64,000 nt of DNA. It comes from Basidiobolus meristosporus CBS 931.73. Lineage: Eukaryota; Fungi; Basidiobolomycota. This document shows, piece after piece, positions 24,801 to 36,911 of this stretch (position 1 is its first letter; each line of letters begins with the position of its first letter). The notes beneath the pieces are model-generated. The model had not been told where the DNA came from. It saw only the letters and a program-made list of their open reading frames with translations, and searched no databases. The stretch spans positions 1 through 64,000 of the forward strand of contig MCFE01000240.1 in assembly GCA_002104905.1 (NCBI GenBank), given 5' to 3'. A program made the translations under genes and the position numbers.

Positions 24801-27800
24801 CCACGAGGCGAATCTTTCTGGATATGATCGAACGTAACTGGCGAATTTCCAGATGATCCAGCGATAATGATTTTCTGTCCATCGATCCGAGAACTGGGGT
24901 GATTTACATCCTAGCGCAACCAACTCCTGATGGGCGTCTTCAAAGCCCCAAGAATCAGTAGCAAACTTCAATCGGCCGTTGGTGGTGGCGGATTTAAAGC
25001 GATATTGGGCTGCATTGGAGGGGTTGATGCTTCCAATCTCCAAGGGGCTAGCATTTACAAGTAAGTCAAAGGTGCGGTTAAACTTGGACCTTGATATACG
25101 TACAGGTTATAACTTCCGAGCGCGTCGAGATCCCTGTTAATAGGCACCTGAGCGAGATCTTTCAACGTGATTCTTGAAGTGGTCGCTGTGATTAAGGAAT
25201 TAATATATAGATGAATCCAGAATTCTCGCATTGCGGTGTATACCTCTCATGTTAAAAATATCGGAAGGGCGAAATGAGGTTTCCTCGCAAGAGGTGCGGC
25301 TGACTTTTTGCGTGACAACAGGTAAGTCATTTTGCTTCTGAGGTCGGGGTGACATCATAGGGCTTTTGAAAGGCTTGCTAAATCTTGAACGAAGTGCCTT
25401 GGGGGTGGAGAGTTGAGCTTTCGAAGATTCTCTCAATCCAGTTTTATCCGCTCCAGCCCTCCCAATGGATACATTGCTGTCCTGGATATTGACGCTTTTT
25501 CGTATAGGTGTCTTGAACAAGGGCCTGATGTTGCTTCGATTCTGGGTTGAACGGAATGGATGGGTTGGTGTGGTTGATATTTCAGCTTTTGACTCCAAGG
25601 TTTCTATTCAAATCCCATAAATCATGTTAATACGTAAACCACAGACTTCGAGTGAAACTCAAGGTATCATACCGTTTGGTTCAACGTGAGATACTCGCTT
25701 TTGATGAATTGCGATGCTGCTCGTTGAGTCAGGATACTGCGGGTTGCGAAGTGATGATGGGTATTTTCCATTATTTGTTTGTTCGGTTTCTATCGATGCG
25801 ATCTGATTTTTCATAAGAGGTGATGGAGAGCCGGTTTGGATATCTCGGATTTTGGGAGATATGATTCCTTCGGTTCCAGAAGATTGCGCTAGAGCTTCGT
25901 TATCCTGCACCGGTTTCGATTTCTCCAACGCTAAATCATCTCCAAAGCAGGCGTTGACGTTAATCTCTTCTTGGCCAAAGAGCTCCTTTGCTTTTTGCAA
26001 AGAAGATTCTGATGGTCCCGCCAGTTTTCTTCCGGCACCAGTCGAAAAACCCAGATTGCTCTTGGCATCAAGATAACCACGGTCGGATGCCGCGTCATCA
26101 GCTAGATCACCAAAGAGCTCCTTTGCTTTCTGTAACGAAGATTCTGATGGTGTTGCAAGCTTCTTTCCAGCACCCGTCGAAAATCCTAGTTTACCTGTGG
26201 CACCAGAATAGCCGAAGTCTGCTGCAGTTTCATCGGGATCACCAAAGAGTGCTTTCGCCTTTTTCAAGGAGGATTCTGACGGTGCCGCAAGCTTCTTTCC
26301 AGCGCCAGTTGAAAAACTTGGAATATCCTTGGCACTAAAATTGTTGTTGTCTAGTGACACCTCATCCATATCACCGAAAAGTTCTTTTGCTCTTTGTAAA
26401 GAAGAGTCTGATGGTGCTGCAAGATTCTTCCCACCACCGGTCGAAAATCCTAGATTACCTGTGGCACCAGGATAGCCGAAGTCTGTTACAGCTTCATCGG
26501 GATCAGCAAAGAGTTCCTTTGCTCTCTGTAAAGAAGACTCTGATGGTGCTGCCAGCTTCTTACCAGCACCCGTCGAAAAGCCTACGCTACTCGAGATGCC
26601 TGGATAACTGTGACCTGCTGTAGCTTCATCAGGATCACCAAAGAGCTCTTTAGCTTTTTGTAAAGAAGACTCTGATGGCGTGGCAAGCTTCTTTCCGGCA
26701 CCGGTTGAAAAGCCTAGATTCCCTGTAACACCAGAATATCCAAAATCTGTTGCAGCTCCATCACGATCACCAAAGAGCTCTTTAGCCTTTTGTAAGGAAG
26801 ACTCCGATGGTGCTGCAAGTTTCTTGCCTGCACCAGTAGAAAAACCCAGGCTACCAGTAGCACCAGGATAGCCGAAGTCTGTTGCAGCTTCATCGGGAGC
26901 ACCAAAGAGTTCCTTTGCTCTCTGTAAAGAAGATTCTGATGGTGCTGCCAGCTCCTTACCAGCACCCGTCGAAAAGCCTAGGCCACTCGAGATGCCTGGG
27001 TAACTGTAGCCTGTTGTAGCTTCATCAGGATCACTAAAGAGCTCTTTGGCCTTTTGTAAAGAAGACTCGGATGGTGTGGCAAGCTTCTTTCCGGCACCCG
27101 TTGAAAATCCCAGATTCCCTTTGGCACCTGGATAGTCAAGTTCAGTTGCAGCTTCATCGAGGTCGCCAAAGAGTTCCTTTGCTCTTTGTAAAGAAGACTT
27201 CGATGGCGCCGCAAGCTTCTTCCCACCACCGGTCGAAAATCCTAGATTACTGGTGGCACCAGGAAAACTGCTGGCTGTTACTGTCTCATCGGGATTATCA
27301 AAGAGTTTGAAGGCTTGCTCCAGAGATGTTTTTGAGGGGGCCGCCAATTTTTTTCCGCTACCGGTCGAGAACGACAGCTGTGTGTCGTCCTCTTTCGAAT
27401 CATTGAATAAAAGAATAGCTTTTCCCAACGCTTCTTCTGAAGGGGGCTTTAATTTCTTGCCTGCACCGGTCGAAAACCCATAGGAATATGAATTCACTAC
27501 ATCCCCCGTAACAGACTCACCACTAACACCATCCGCATTCTCACAAGCCTTTATCAAAGGCGATTTGTAGGGAGAGGTGAGCCTTCCTGTACTATCTGCT
27601 ACCTTACCCGATCCCTTACTGCTAGTGTCAGAGGGAAGATCCTTGGTGCTCTCGGGAGATATTGCTGATGTAGGGCTGGAAGGGCCATCCGAACCGAATG
27701 GATTCTGGTCAGATTTAGCAGTTGTTGATGTCTGCGGTTGATTTTTTGTGGAGTGGAGATCCGACTTGAACCCCGTTGTAAAACCCCCATATTGATTGAC

Positions 27801-30800
27801 AATGGCGGTCACATCCAGATCGTGGAACTCACCTTGAAGGTCTTCCATCAGGGAAGTTTTATCCTCCTTCGAGTTCTCACCGCTGTAGGGTGAGGGATTC
27901 TCAATTCGGACGTCCTCTTGACTGAGCGTTTGGTGAACTGCATTTAAAGATCTTCGTTTCGAGGTTGTATGAAGATCAGAGTCAGCAAAAGGTCGTTTCA
28001 AATGGCCAGCAGTGTCGGTCTGACTTGTGCTTGAGGGATTAGATACACTGTCTTTACTTGGCAATGGCTTTTCTACGGAAGGCTCCGTTGAGTCAGAGGA
28101 GTGATCCGGTTTGTGGGAACCAAGGCTAGATGAAGCATTTTCGAACAATCCCATCGCCTTTCTTAAAGCATCTTTGTTGGGAGGTTGTAACTTTTTACCT
28201 TTCCCAGTAGAAAATCCACCAAATGTTAATAGAGAATTCTCTATGTAGCTAAAGTCAGGCATCTCATCCTTGTCAATTTCCAATTGGTCTATCATTACTG
28301 GCGTGCTATCCGGATTCTGTACATTAGCTAATCGGGGCTTTTTGGAGACCGATGTCAAAGGTGTATTTGTGCTTAGAGGAATCGGAGGCTCATGGTGATT
28401 TGGTCGTTTGGTTGTTATTACAGTTTCTTCACTGCTAGAGCTCTTTCCAATAAACGGGTTAGATCTTGGTGAAGTGCGCTCAACCTTGGGGGTTTTATAA
28501 TTGCGAGCTTTGTTCTGAGCTTCTATTGCCAAAGCCCCAAGCGTCTTAGCTCGAAATATGTTGTCCCCAAGCCCGTTAGTATTGATCGATTTGTTGAGGA
28601 ATAGAGCATTCTCAGTCTCACGTAACTCATCCACACTTGGGAGAGGCAAGATTCGCCCAGAGCCGGTCCGAAACCCCTGTGTCTTTAAAACTGTGAAATC
28701 CAAAGGAGTGCTGGCTTCGAATAAATCTCGATCATTCTCCATTACAGTGGCTAATTCCGGTGACTGTGTTGGCTGATGCTCGTACTCATCGCTTCTGACT
28801 TGTGCTTCATCAGATTTGACACTTGGGATGCATGTCCCATCGATATACTCTTTTTTACAATTAGTACGGATTCAGAAATGATTCGCCAGAGAAACCATTA
28901 CCTTCTGTGTGGTTGTTAGTAATTGGGTCACCCTCAGTGCGATCTAAATTTTGATTGATATTTGGCGTAAATTCGCAGTGCATGCAGTACACACTTGTTG
29001 GGTTACTTGCCTTGACGATCTTCAAAATTGATGCAATTAGGAGGAGTCTAAAAAGAGTGTCACCGTAAGTACATTATAAGTGGGCCTGGGTTTGGGAGGT
29101 ACATGTGTTACCTTGGTATCTGAGTCGAAATCCCCTTCAACTGAAGGCAATAATCCATCTTGTTTGAGCTCTTCAGCTTTGGTAGTGGATTCCACTATGG
29201 TCGATGAACTGTGAGGCATAGTCGTCAGATCACTCTCTTCATTCACTTCATCTAAAACAACTCGCATAAACACTCTAATGTCTCACTTATTCATCCGTGT
29301 GCAGCTACTGTACCTTCACACTGATCATCATCATCTACGATACATCATGAAAGTTATTAACGAACTACTCGTCAAAGCGCAATGTCATCCACCTACCGCT
29401 TGGAAGGTCGGTACATTCAGGGCTCGAGTGCTCTGATTCATTTGGTGTATTTTCAAATAACGAAGGGGAAAGTGGTTGCTCAGCATTTTCGTCTGTTAGT
29501 ACATGCTCTTGAGAGTGTTGCCTATCATTATACGTGGTGTCTATACATTGTGTATCATCACTCTTCTTTCCCTTAGACTCGAAGGGGTTGGATAACCTGG
29601 TAGGACTGCTGGAGTTGGAATGCTCCAGAGCTGAATCTTGCGATATGCTTGGCGACTTGGAAGGTAATTTAAAATTCATCGTCGCAAGTGGTTTGCATTG
29701 CTCTGCATCTCCTTGATGCTCGGTTGAGCCGGAGCTATTTAATAAGAGCTTGCTTGCATTATCGCCTAAAGCGTGCTTCGATGTGTGCTCTGTTTTTAAA
29801 TTACAATCCGAGTCCTTCATGAATTCAATAGAGTTTGAAGTGCTATCCCCATCATCATCATCGTCATCATCACCACCATCACCATCATCAAGAGTAAGCT
29901 CCTTAAGCCCTCTTCTGGGCTTGACTCTGGAAGGAGTATCTAAAGGAGACCATGCGGAACTATTGTCCGGGGTCTGCTTAGATGCTCCGCCCAGAGAAAA
30001 CCGGCGGATTTTCGAAAAAGGGGTGGAAATTCCAGTGGCTTTCGGATTAACGATTTGCGTATTAATATGTACTCGTTGCGTTGGAGAAGACAGCCACCCA
30101 GGCGAGTCGCCAAGATGCTGGTCTAACAGTTTCGAGATCGATATGTGAGGAGAGAGCTCTTCATCATCATGCACATGCGAAAGTGGAGAACCAGGGGTGC
30201 TATGTGGATGTCTGTTCTTACTCGAGGTGTTGGAATTCATTAATACTGTGCTCGGTGTGCTTGCCGTGCTTTTGAATTTCTCGGAGTTTCGCGTAGGCGT
30301 TTTGTTGCCAAAACCTAGGGTACCTCCGTTCTCCAAGGAGAACTTTTCGAACTGGAGGGTCTTCTCACGCATCAGTTGGGTCTTTTGTTGTGTAGGAGTA
30401 AGATCCTCCATCTCGGCCAGTCTAGGGGTCTGGATTCGAGTAGACGGCGTTTCGATTTTATAGTGCCGTTGCGTGTTGGGAGTGTGCAGAAGCTCAGTCT
30501 CTTGAAAAGCACATTCCTCTTGGATCTACAAGAAAAAATGGTTGAGCTGGAAGATCGAGGCATAGGACGAGGGAGGTGATTCAGAATATCGTTGATAATC
30601 GTACTGCAGAGCTCACGTACCCCAGGCATAAGTTGTTCTGCTTTGAATCTTTCGGTTATCTCGTTTTGTATTCCTTGAGGCACAGCCGACCACCAACCGT
30701 CGTCGTCGTCTTCCTCATTACCACCTGTGGTAGTGGAGGGTTCAGTTCCGTCGGGATAGAATTTCTGTAGAATAATGGTATTTCCTCGAGGACATTGAAA

Positions 30801-31026
30801 AGAAAAATTTCTCTCCTTTGACTGACACATCAGCTATTGAGGAAATGACTGAGAAAAGACACCTAAAGTGCAACCAACTATGCTTACACCTAAAGACTGC
30901 AGTCACTTGGATGGGATTTCTATTGGCTGGCAAAGAGATCCAGCACAGAACTGCGGTAAAATATAAACAATTGAGCCATTCACAAACATTTCGCCTAAAT
31001 AAGAAGATTTTGGGAATGCAAGGTTC

Positions 31027-31098
<72 letters not shown>

Positions 31099-31195
31099 GG
31101 GCCTCATTGAAACACTACCCTCCAAAATCCATAGTCTATTGAGAATTTCAGCAATATACAGCTACATCGATATTTCGTAACAAATCTTCACTCAT
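21838..31195 (-). CDS. BRCA2: BRCA2 ortholog (>2400 aa inferred) with 14 BRC-like repeats and a C-terminal helical/OB-fold DNA-binding domain, many exons
   Basis: Helical domain 'WTENHYRWIIWKFASY...VMDQLRFR', OB1 'VIELTDGWYSL', 'NSCRIAPWDAKLGY' and 'DGGLISSVDAIVMRKYP'. BRC repeats lie in the 25659-28742 exon. In-frame splicing was traced by hand from the 30621-30830 exon through 29365-30525 and small exons at ~29112-29250, 29011-29047 and 28902-28943 into the BRC exon. ATG 31195 and some DBD exon borders are tentative. Confidence 0.88.
25970..27480 (-). repeat. Coding tandem array of 12 BRC-like units (mostly 132 bp / 44 aa)
   Basis: FST codons at 27469, 27364, 27232, 27100, 26968, 26836, 26704, 26572, 26440, 26308, 26176 and 26041, giving spacings of 105, 9x132 and 135 bp. 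Consensus GFSTGAGKKLAAPSESSLQKAKELFGD. Confidence 0.95.
31028..31098. repeat. (CA)n/(TG)n microsatellite, about 35 units with one interruption
   Basis: Read directly. Probably in a 5' intron of BRCA2. Confidence 0.95.
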
Positions 31196-31386
31196 TATAT
31201 CTCATACAACTGGCAGCGCATTTAAGGATGTACAGTCCCCGAATGCTAGTGTTAGGGTTTCCAAAATCAACAGTTTATGGGAAATTGTCTTCGGGGAATG
31301 AAAAGAAACATGAGAAATTTGAAGTGATTGAATGTGATACAATTTTGGAGTGGAAAACTGCTACTGTAATGAAACTAATAGAGGTA

Positions 31387-31746
31387 TTAGTGATGGGAAC
31401 CGGAAGGCTTGGCATCGTCCTTGTGCTTGGCAATGTATTCCTTGACGAAGGCCTCTTCTTCGGCAGAAGAAGTGTTGAGAGGTGGCTCAGAGGTAAAATC
31501 CTTGGGAGGGCCAGCCAACTTCTTCTTAGCGCCCCACACCAAGAGACCTAAACTACCCAAAGTACCGAGGGCAAGCTAACAAAACAAACTGATGAGTTCA
31601 CGGGTCCGCAGGGATTTGGAAGTGGAGAGAGAAACAAGCCCTCCGTATAACCGACACACCGAACTGCACTGAGCTAAATTCTAGAGAAATATGCTTACAT
31701 ATTCGTTGGCAATCTTCTTTCCAGCAATCACGTAGTAACCACCCAT
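31387..31746 (-). CDS. ATP19: Mitochondrial ATP synthase subunit k (78 aa), 2 exons
   Basis: Removing intron 31576-31698 gives MGGYYVIAGKKIANEY|LALGTLGSLGLLVWGAKKKLAGPPKDF...EEEAFVKEYIAKH, which matches the Atp19 pattern (LAIGTLG, EEKFIENYLKKH). Missed by the ORF track. Confidence 0.88.
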
Positions 31747-32282
31747 AGTTGTGTAAGTATTGGTCAAGGATAGAGAGGACAAGAGCTACGCACAAATTGT
31801 ATGAAAGTGAAAACTTCGATGTAAAAAAAATTGATTCTCTGAGCCCATTTAGTTAATGCGTTGGGCCTGGTGTGGGGTTGTCATGCTCCGCAGAATGATA
31901 TATGTCAGCCCGAGTATTCACTCATTGGCCAAGAATTACCCCGGATATTCAGATGGGCCACTATTCTGCCTGAGGTTTCAGGTATTTGCGATAATATCGG
32001 CCACCAAATCACCCCAAAAAAAGGGATTGTGGTTAAATAAAGTTGGACTAAATCATGTTTAACCGATTTACTGTTGGAATAGTCGGAGCATTAGGAGGTT
32101 GTTGGTGAAGGTAGTGGAGATAATGTGGAGTTCCATCAAATTGGCCTGCTTCACTGAAGATTTGATAGGAATTGCATTTGGCCTGTATGATAAAAATAGA
32201 TAACATGGTAAACAAGTGCACATGAGTGAGCTTCGGCTTGAACTAGCATATTAATCTATTTCATGAATGTTGGGTGTTAGTA

Positions 32283-34055
32283 CTATTCATTCTTTTTCCT
32301 TGATTTCTGTTTCCTTTGTCGGAAGGTGGCGTTTTTAGGTTCGATTTGAGGTGGTTTTGCTGCCTCCTCCGACTGGTTTGTTTTGTGACTACCGTTTTGG
32401 TTTGGTTCGGCATCTTCTGGCTCATCTTCCTCTTCCTCCTCCTCCTGCTCCTTTGTGGTGTCTGTAGCTTGATCTTCGGCAACGTGCTCATCGCTTGAGA
32501 CTTTCTCATTGTCAGAGAGTTCTTTAGTTGCTCTCAGCTCCGCTGGACTTCTCGCAGGGGTCTCAGGCAGAGTGCTTTCTGTCGCCTTCTGATCTTTCGA
32601 AGCTGTATTGATGGAGTTGGTCACCGGGGTTTGCATAGGTCGGGTGCGAGGGTGACGACTAGCATTGAGGAAATTACACTTCGGACAATGATATTCTGAC
32701 CGACAGGAATTTGGTTGTTAGTGTACGTTTACGTAACAGCGATTTTTGGTGACCTCTTACGAATTTCGTTGATTTCACTGGGTAAAGCCAACCCATTATG
32801 TGCAAAGCAGTTTTTACAAATCAATGCATATTTGGAGTTTGGGCCTTCTTCCCCAACGATCACATCAATGATCCTATCGTACCAGCTATTCCTTTGAGTG
32901 TTGAAGGCATGGTGAGCTGGATGATGCGAGATGAGAAATCAATGAGAAAGCAAATGATTGAAGAGTGTGTGCCAAACTAACAGTTGATTCCATTGCTGGC
33001 TCCGATCCTGGGTGCATGATATGGAGTTGTGCCAGGTAACTTGATTCCATTAGTATAGGGATTTTGCGGGGCAGGAGTTGAGGCGGAGCTGATCCCATTC
33101 AATGAATTCGGTTGATTCTTTGGACGCAAGTTAGGATTGACAGGTGCTAAATAAAGTTAGGCATTAGATATATTGATGAGTTAATTGATATCTAAACGAC
33201 GAACCTGAGTTGGGCGCAGTAGGGTTTCCTCGAGTCTGCGGCCGATTATTATTTTGTGGTGTGTTGCTCTTTGGGCCTGGCATCTGTGGTGAACGGTGTG
33301 AACGAAGCGCATGGGAATGAATAGGAAGGTATAGACCCACTTTGGCTCCGGGTTTCGCTTTGACTGGTGTATCATAGCGGTCTAGCAGGGTTTTAGTCGA
33401 GTAGTAGGCTGTCTTTTTCTTCAGCTCTTCAACCTGTTGTATGGCTAGGTTAGTGTATCGGTAGCACCAAATCATTAAATATCTACGTAGCCCACTAAAG
33501 TGTAGCACCTTCTGTCGTTGTTTGACTCTGAGATTTTCCAGCTGGTTTTCTACAGTATACTGTTAACAATGGGGATTTCGCTGACCTTCACGTAGAGTTT
33601 CACCTTCGTTTAGACGTTTTCTGTTGTACCAGTAGGAAACACCGCGGGAAATGTAATAGATGCTTATCAGAGGAGTAAGAATATGTCAAGGGTATTCGCA
33701 CAATAGTATGCGAGTGTACCTGAACGGGATAACGAAAGCCGGAAGCAGCTTCCAAAGCCAGATGTAAAGCGCATCTTGTGCATCTCGCAGGTAGACAAAG
33801 TATGTGGCCAAATAAAGTCCGTAGGCAAAGAGAGAGTATATCAGGAAAAGTAGCACAAATTTGCGCTCCCGTACTTTAATATCGGAGAGACGCACTTCGA
33901 CCTTTTGGATTTTATCCTCCAAGTCGGCAAGTATCTTTTCGTAGTTATCTTCTTCACGCTACCATGAAATGGGAAATGAGCAAACCAGGGTAAAGGAACA
34001 TATGCTTTACCAAGACTATACATACGTGTTTGAATACGGAGAAGACAGCACCCAT
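32283..34055 (-). CDS. LNP1: Lunapark (ER three-way junction protein), multi-exon
   Basis: MG- start (MGAVFSVFK), 'DNYEKILADLEDKIQKVE' coiled coil, two TM segments, WYDRIIDVIVGE-type motif, CxxC...CxxC zinc ribbon ('CPKCNFLN') and an acidic tail. Confidence 0.85.
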
Positions 34056-34408
34056 TCTTACTGTAGCTGTTCCAGAGCGTAGAAGGCAAGGCTATTATCT
34101 TATAGGCAGCAATATTTACCAAGTTAACATGACTTCCTAAATCGTAAAATGGGTTTAGACGCCACCTGGAAACGAGCTTTGTGGTTTTAAGTTATCCAAT
34201 TTAATAGCGACTCATTTAATTGCATATGCTAGGCAGTCGTTGCACCAGAGCGGTATATGCATATTTCAGTAGGGACTTCAAAGCAATCCACTACCTCAAA
34301 TCTACATAAATATACCGCTTTAGCCAAGACTAAATATTTGTACTAATCGTTCAATATAAATCGATCCTGGCATTTATTACATACTCTTTGAATTCTCTAT
34401 ATATCTTT

Positions 34409-35987
34409 ATGTACTCTCGGTCAATATCCACACTGAATTTGAATCCTTCCTTGCGTGGGAAGTTACTAAAGGCTGGCTTCAAAAGCTCCAAGGATCTAGA
34501 GGGAGTCACACCGATCGGTTTGAGCCGAGGTTTGTATCAATAGGCCCTCAAGTACTGAGAACACAATTAGACAACGGGTTTGATTTCATTCACAATTCCA
34601 ACATTTAATAACGGAATGCATAGAGCTTTCAATCTCCAATGAAGAGGCTTTACTGATAATACAGCAAGTGAGGCAAGGTTAGTAACCCCCCAGGGCTCTA
34701 CCTAATTTGAAGCTGACTATTGGACGTTTTCTACAGAGAATGTGGAATCCTTTTCAGCTTCAGAAGCCTTGGAGCGTGAAAAGGCCAGGTGTCCTGTCAG
34801 TACGGGCTGTTTAGATTTGGACGCGATGTTCGGCAGCAAAGGGGTATTGATTGGGAAGATCACAGAATTTTGCGGTGTTCCTGGTATCGGAAAAACACAA
34901 CTTGGGTACGGAAAGAATCTAGACTGCCATTCCGGTGGAGTGCTCACGCAGTATTTAACTTTAGTATGCAATTGGCGTTGAACGTGCAAATTCCAAGATC
35001 ACTCGACGGCCCCGAAGGGGAAGCCATATATATCGGTACGCATCGCGTAGTGCATTGTTCGGGCTTGGATTTCTATCAACTCAATCAAAATCCCCAGACA
35101 CCGAAGGCAGTTTTATCGCGCAACGTACTGCGGAGATCGCGGAGGCAACTGCTGAGCGGATAAATCAACAACTGCGACAGAAGAATCTAGACACGGAATG
35201 TAGTGTTACTGTTTACGAGTCTAAGGCCGCGCACTTTCACTAATCATCGAGACAGCATTCCAAGTTGAGTCGATGCTATCTAGAATCCATTACTTCAGAG
35301 TGCTGGAGTACACCGAGCTGGTTGCTCTGGTTAATTTGCTCGAAGAGTTCCTTGAAACGCACGAGAATGTAACGATCTCTTCGCACAACTCAACAACTAT
35401 GTGGCTAACTAGTTTTGATGAAGGTCAAGATTATCATCGTCGACAGCATTGCCTTTCACTTCCGACTGAACTTTACTGACATGGGTCTAAGGACCAGATT
35501 GCTCAACGGCATCGCTCAGACCCTGCTGCAGCTGGCCGATTCAAAGGATATCGCCATTGTCCTCATGAACCAAATGACCACAAAGATCAATCACCACGCT
35601 ACCGACAAACAGAATGAGGCTGTATTGGTTCCCGCGCTAGGTATGGCTTTTCATGGCATTGTGTTAGAGCAAGAATCTCACCGATTCGTAGGTGAAAGCT
35701 GGGGCCATGCAAGTACCAACCGAGTGATCTTATTCTGGAAGGATGGGGTTCGGTGAGCAAGGTATCAAGCGGTATCTTGGCTACTTAGGCTAACACAGCT
35801 TTTCTCACTCAGAAATGCGCTTTTGTATAAATCGCCGAACATGGGAGAGAAGGTGGTTCAGTACCAAGTCACTGTAAGTGCAGACTCTGCCCACCAACTG
35901 TTGTCACTGATGGCTAAATGCTCTCTCTAGGCACATGGAATCCAGGATTATCTGGAAATTCGCAAACGAACTCATTCGGAGTGTTGA
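34409..35987 (+). CDS. RAD51C: RAD51 paralog C, multi-exon
   Basis: N-terminal '[16 protein letters not shown]', Walker [11 protein letters not shown], 'QLALNVQIP', 'YIDTEGSF', Walker B '[12 protein letters not shown]', 'MNQMTTKI' and '[17 protein letters not shown]', all characteristic of RAD51C. Confidence 0.9.
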
Positions 35988-36355
35988 TATAGAGAATGGC
36001 ATGTGACGGCAAACCACACAGCCTATAGATAGAGAGGGGCTAAGGGTGACATTGGATGAATAAACCACAGATTTTGCTTTCCTCATCCTCATCCACATCC
36101 TCATGTACGTCTACATCCACTGCCTAATGGCCTAACAATCAAATATCCCCGCGGATATGTCACGTGATAGAAAATCGAAAGCAACCCCTGTCACTATTGG
36201 AGATGTTCGTTGGGAGAGTCATAAATTATACTCGAAACGAAAATTATTCTTTCTTTCCGCCACTGACATCTGTGAAGGTAATGATTACTTCCATCCATCC
36301 AAAGAAATATACAGCACAATGTTAACCACGATTTTCCTGAAAGTTGTAAGCGAAT

Positions 36356-36541
36356 ATGGCCAAGTCCAAGAACCACACCAATCACAACCAAAACCGCAAG
36401 GCTCACCGTAACGGTATCAAGAAGCCCAAGGCTCAACGTCACCCTTCCCTCAGAGGTGTCGACCCCAAGTTCCTTCGTAACCAACGCTTTGCCAAGAAGG
36501 GTACTCAAGCTGCTGTTAGAGCCGCCGTCAAGGCTCAATAA
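36356..36541 (+). CDS. RPL29: 60S ribosomal protein L29 (eL29), intronless
   Basis: [24 protein letters not shown]...[16 protein letters not shown]. Confidence 0.97.
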   Translation: MAKSKNHTNHNQNRKAHRNGIKKPKAQRHPSLRGVDPKFLRNQRFAKKGTQAAVRAAVKAQ

Positions 36542-36911
36542 TTACTTCAGTTCGATGTTTTTACCTGCAGTTGGTTATGGTTCTTCGTAGGATTTAAGCT
36601 ATAATAAAGCACGCCAACTTGGGCATCGCACATGTGCATCTAAACATAGAACTTGTTTGATAGACTAATGGATGAGTTTGGAGCATATCCGCATTGCTTG
36701 GACTTTGGAGGGGCGGCTTGGTTTAGTTGGGTTCCGTTGAAGGATTCATGAGAATATCATTTACAAACAAGATAATCCACATTTAGTAGTACATTTTGGT
36801 TGAGTTTAAGGGGATGGATTGGTACATGTGAGTATCTAGCTCGTGGATATTTATGGTGATTTGTTCCAACTCAACTCGTAAGTTGATTGTACTTGGCTGC
36901 ACTTAAAAGAC

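Noticed and set aside
25970-27480. Regularly spaced repeats that could be mistaken for a CRISPR array or non-coding satellite
   Set aside because: Units are in-frame multiples of 3 with synonymous variation and no unique spacers; they encode BRC motifs.
29365-30411. 348-aa S/T-rich ORF as a separate gene
   Set aside because: Canonical splice sites link it in frame to the BRC exon, so it is treated as BRCA2 N-terminal sequence.
30742-31180. ORFs with CVCVCV / THTHTH runs
   Set aside because: Translation artefacts of the (CA)n microsatellite.
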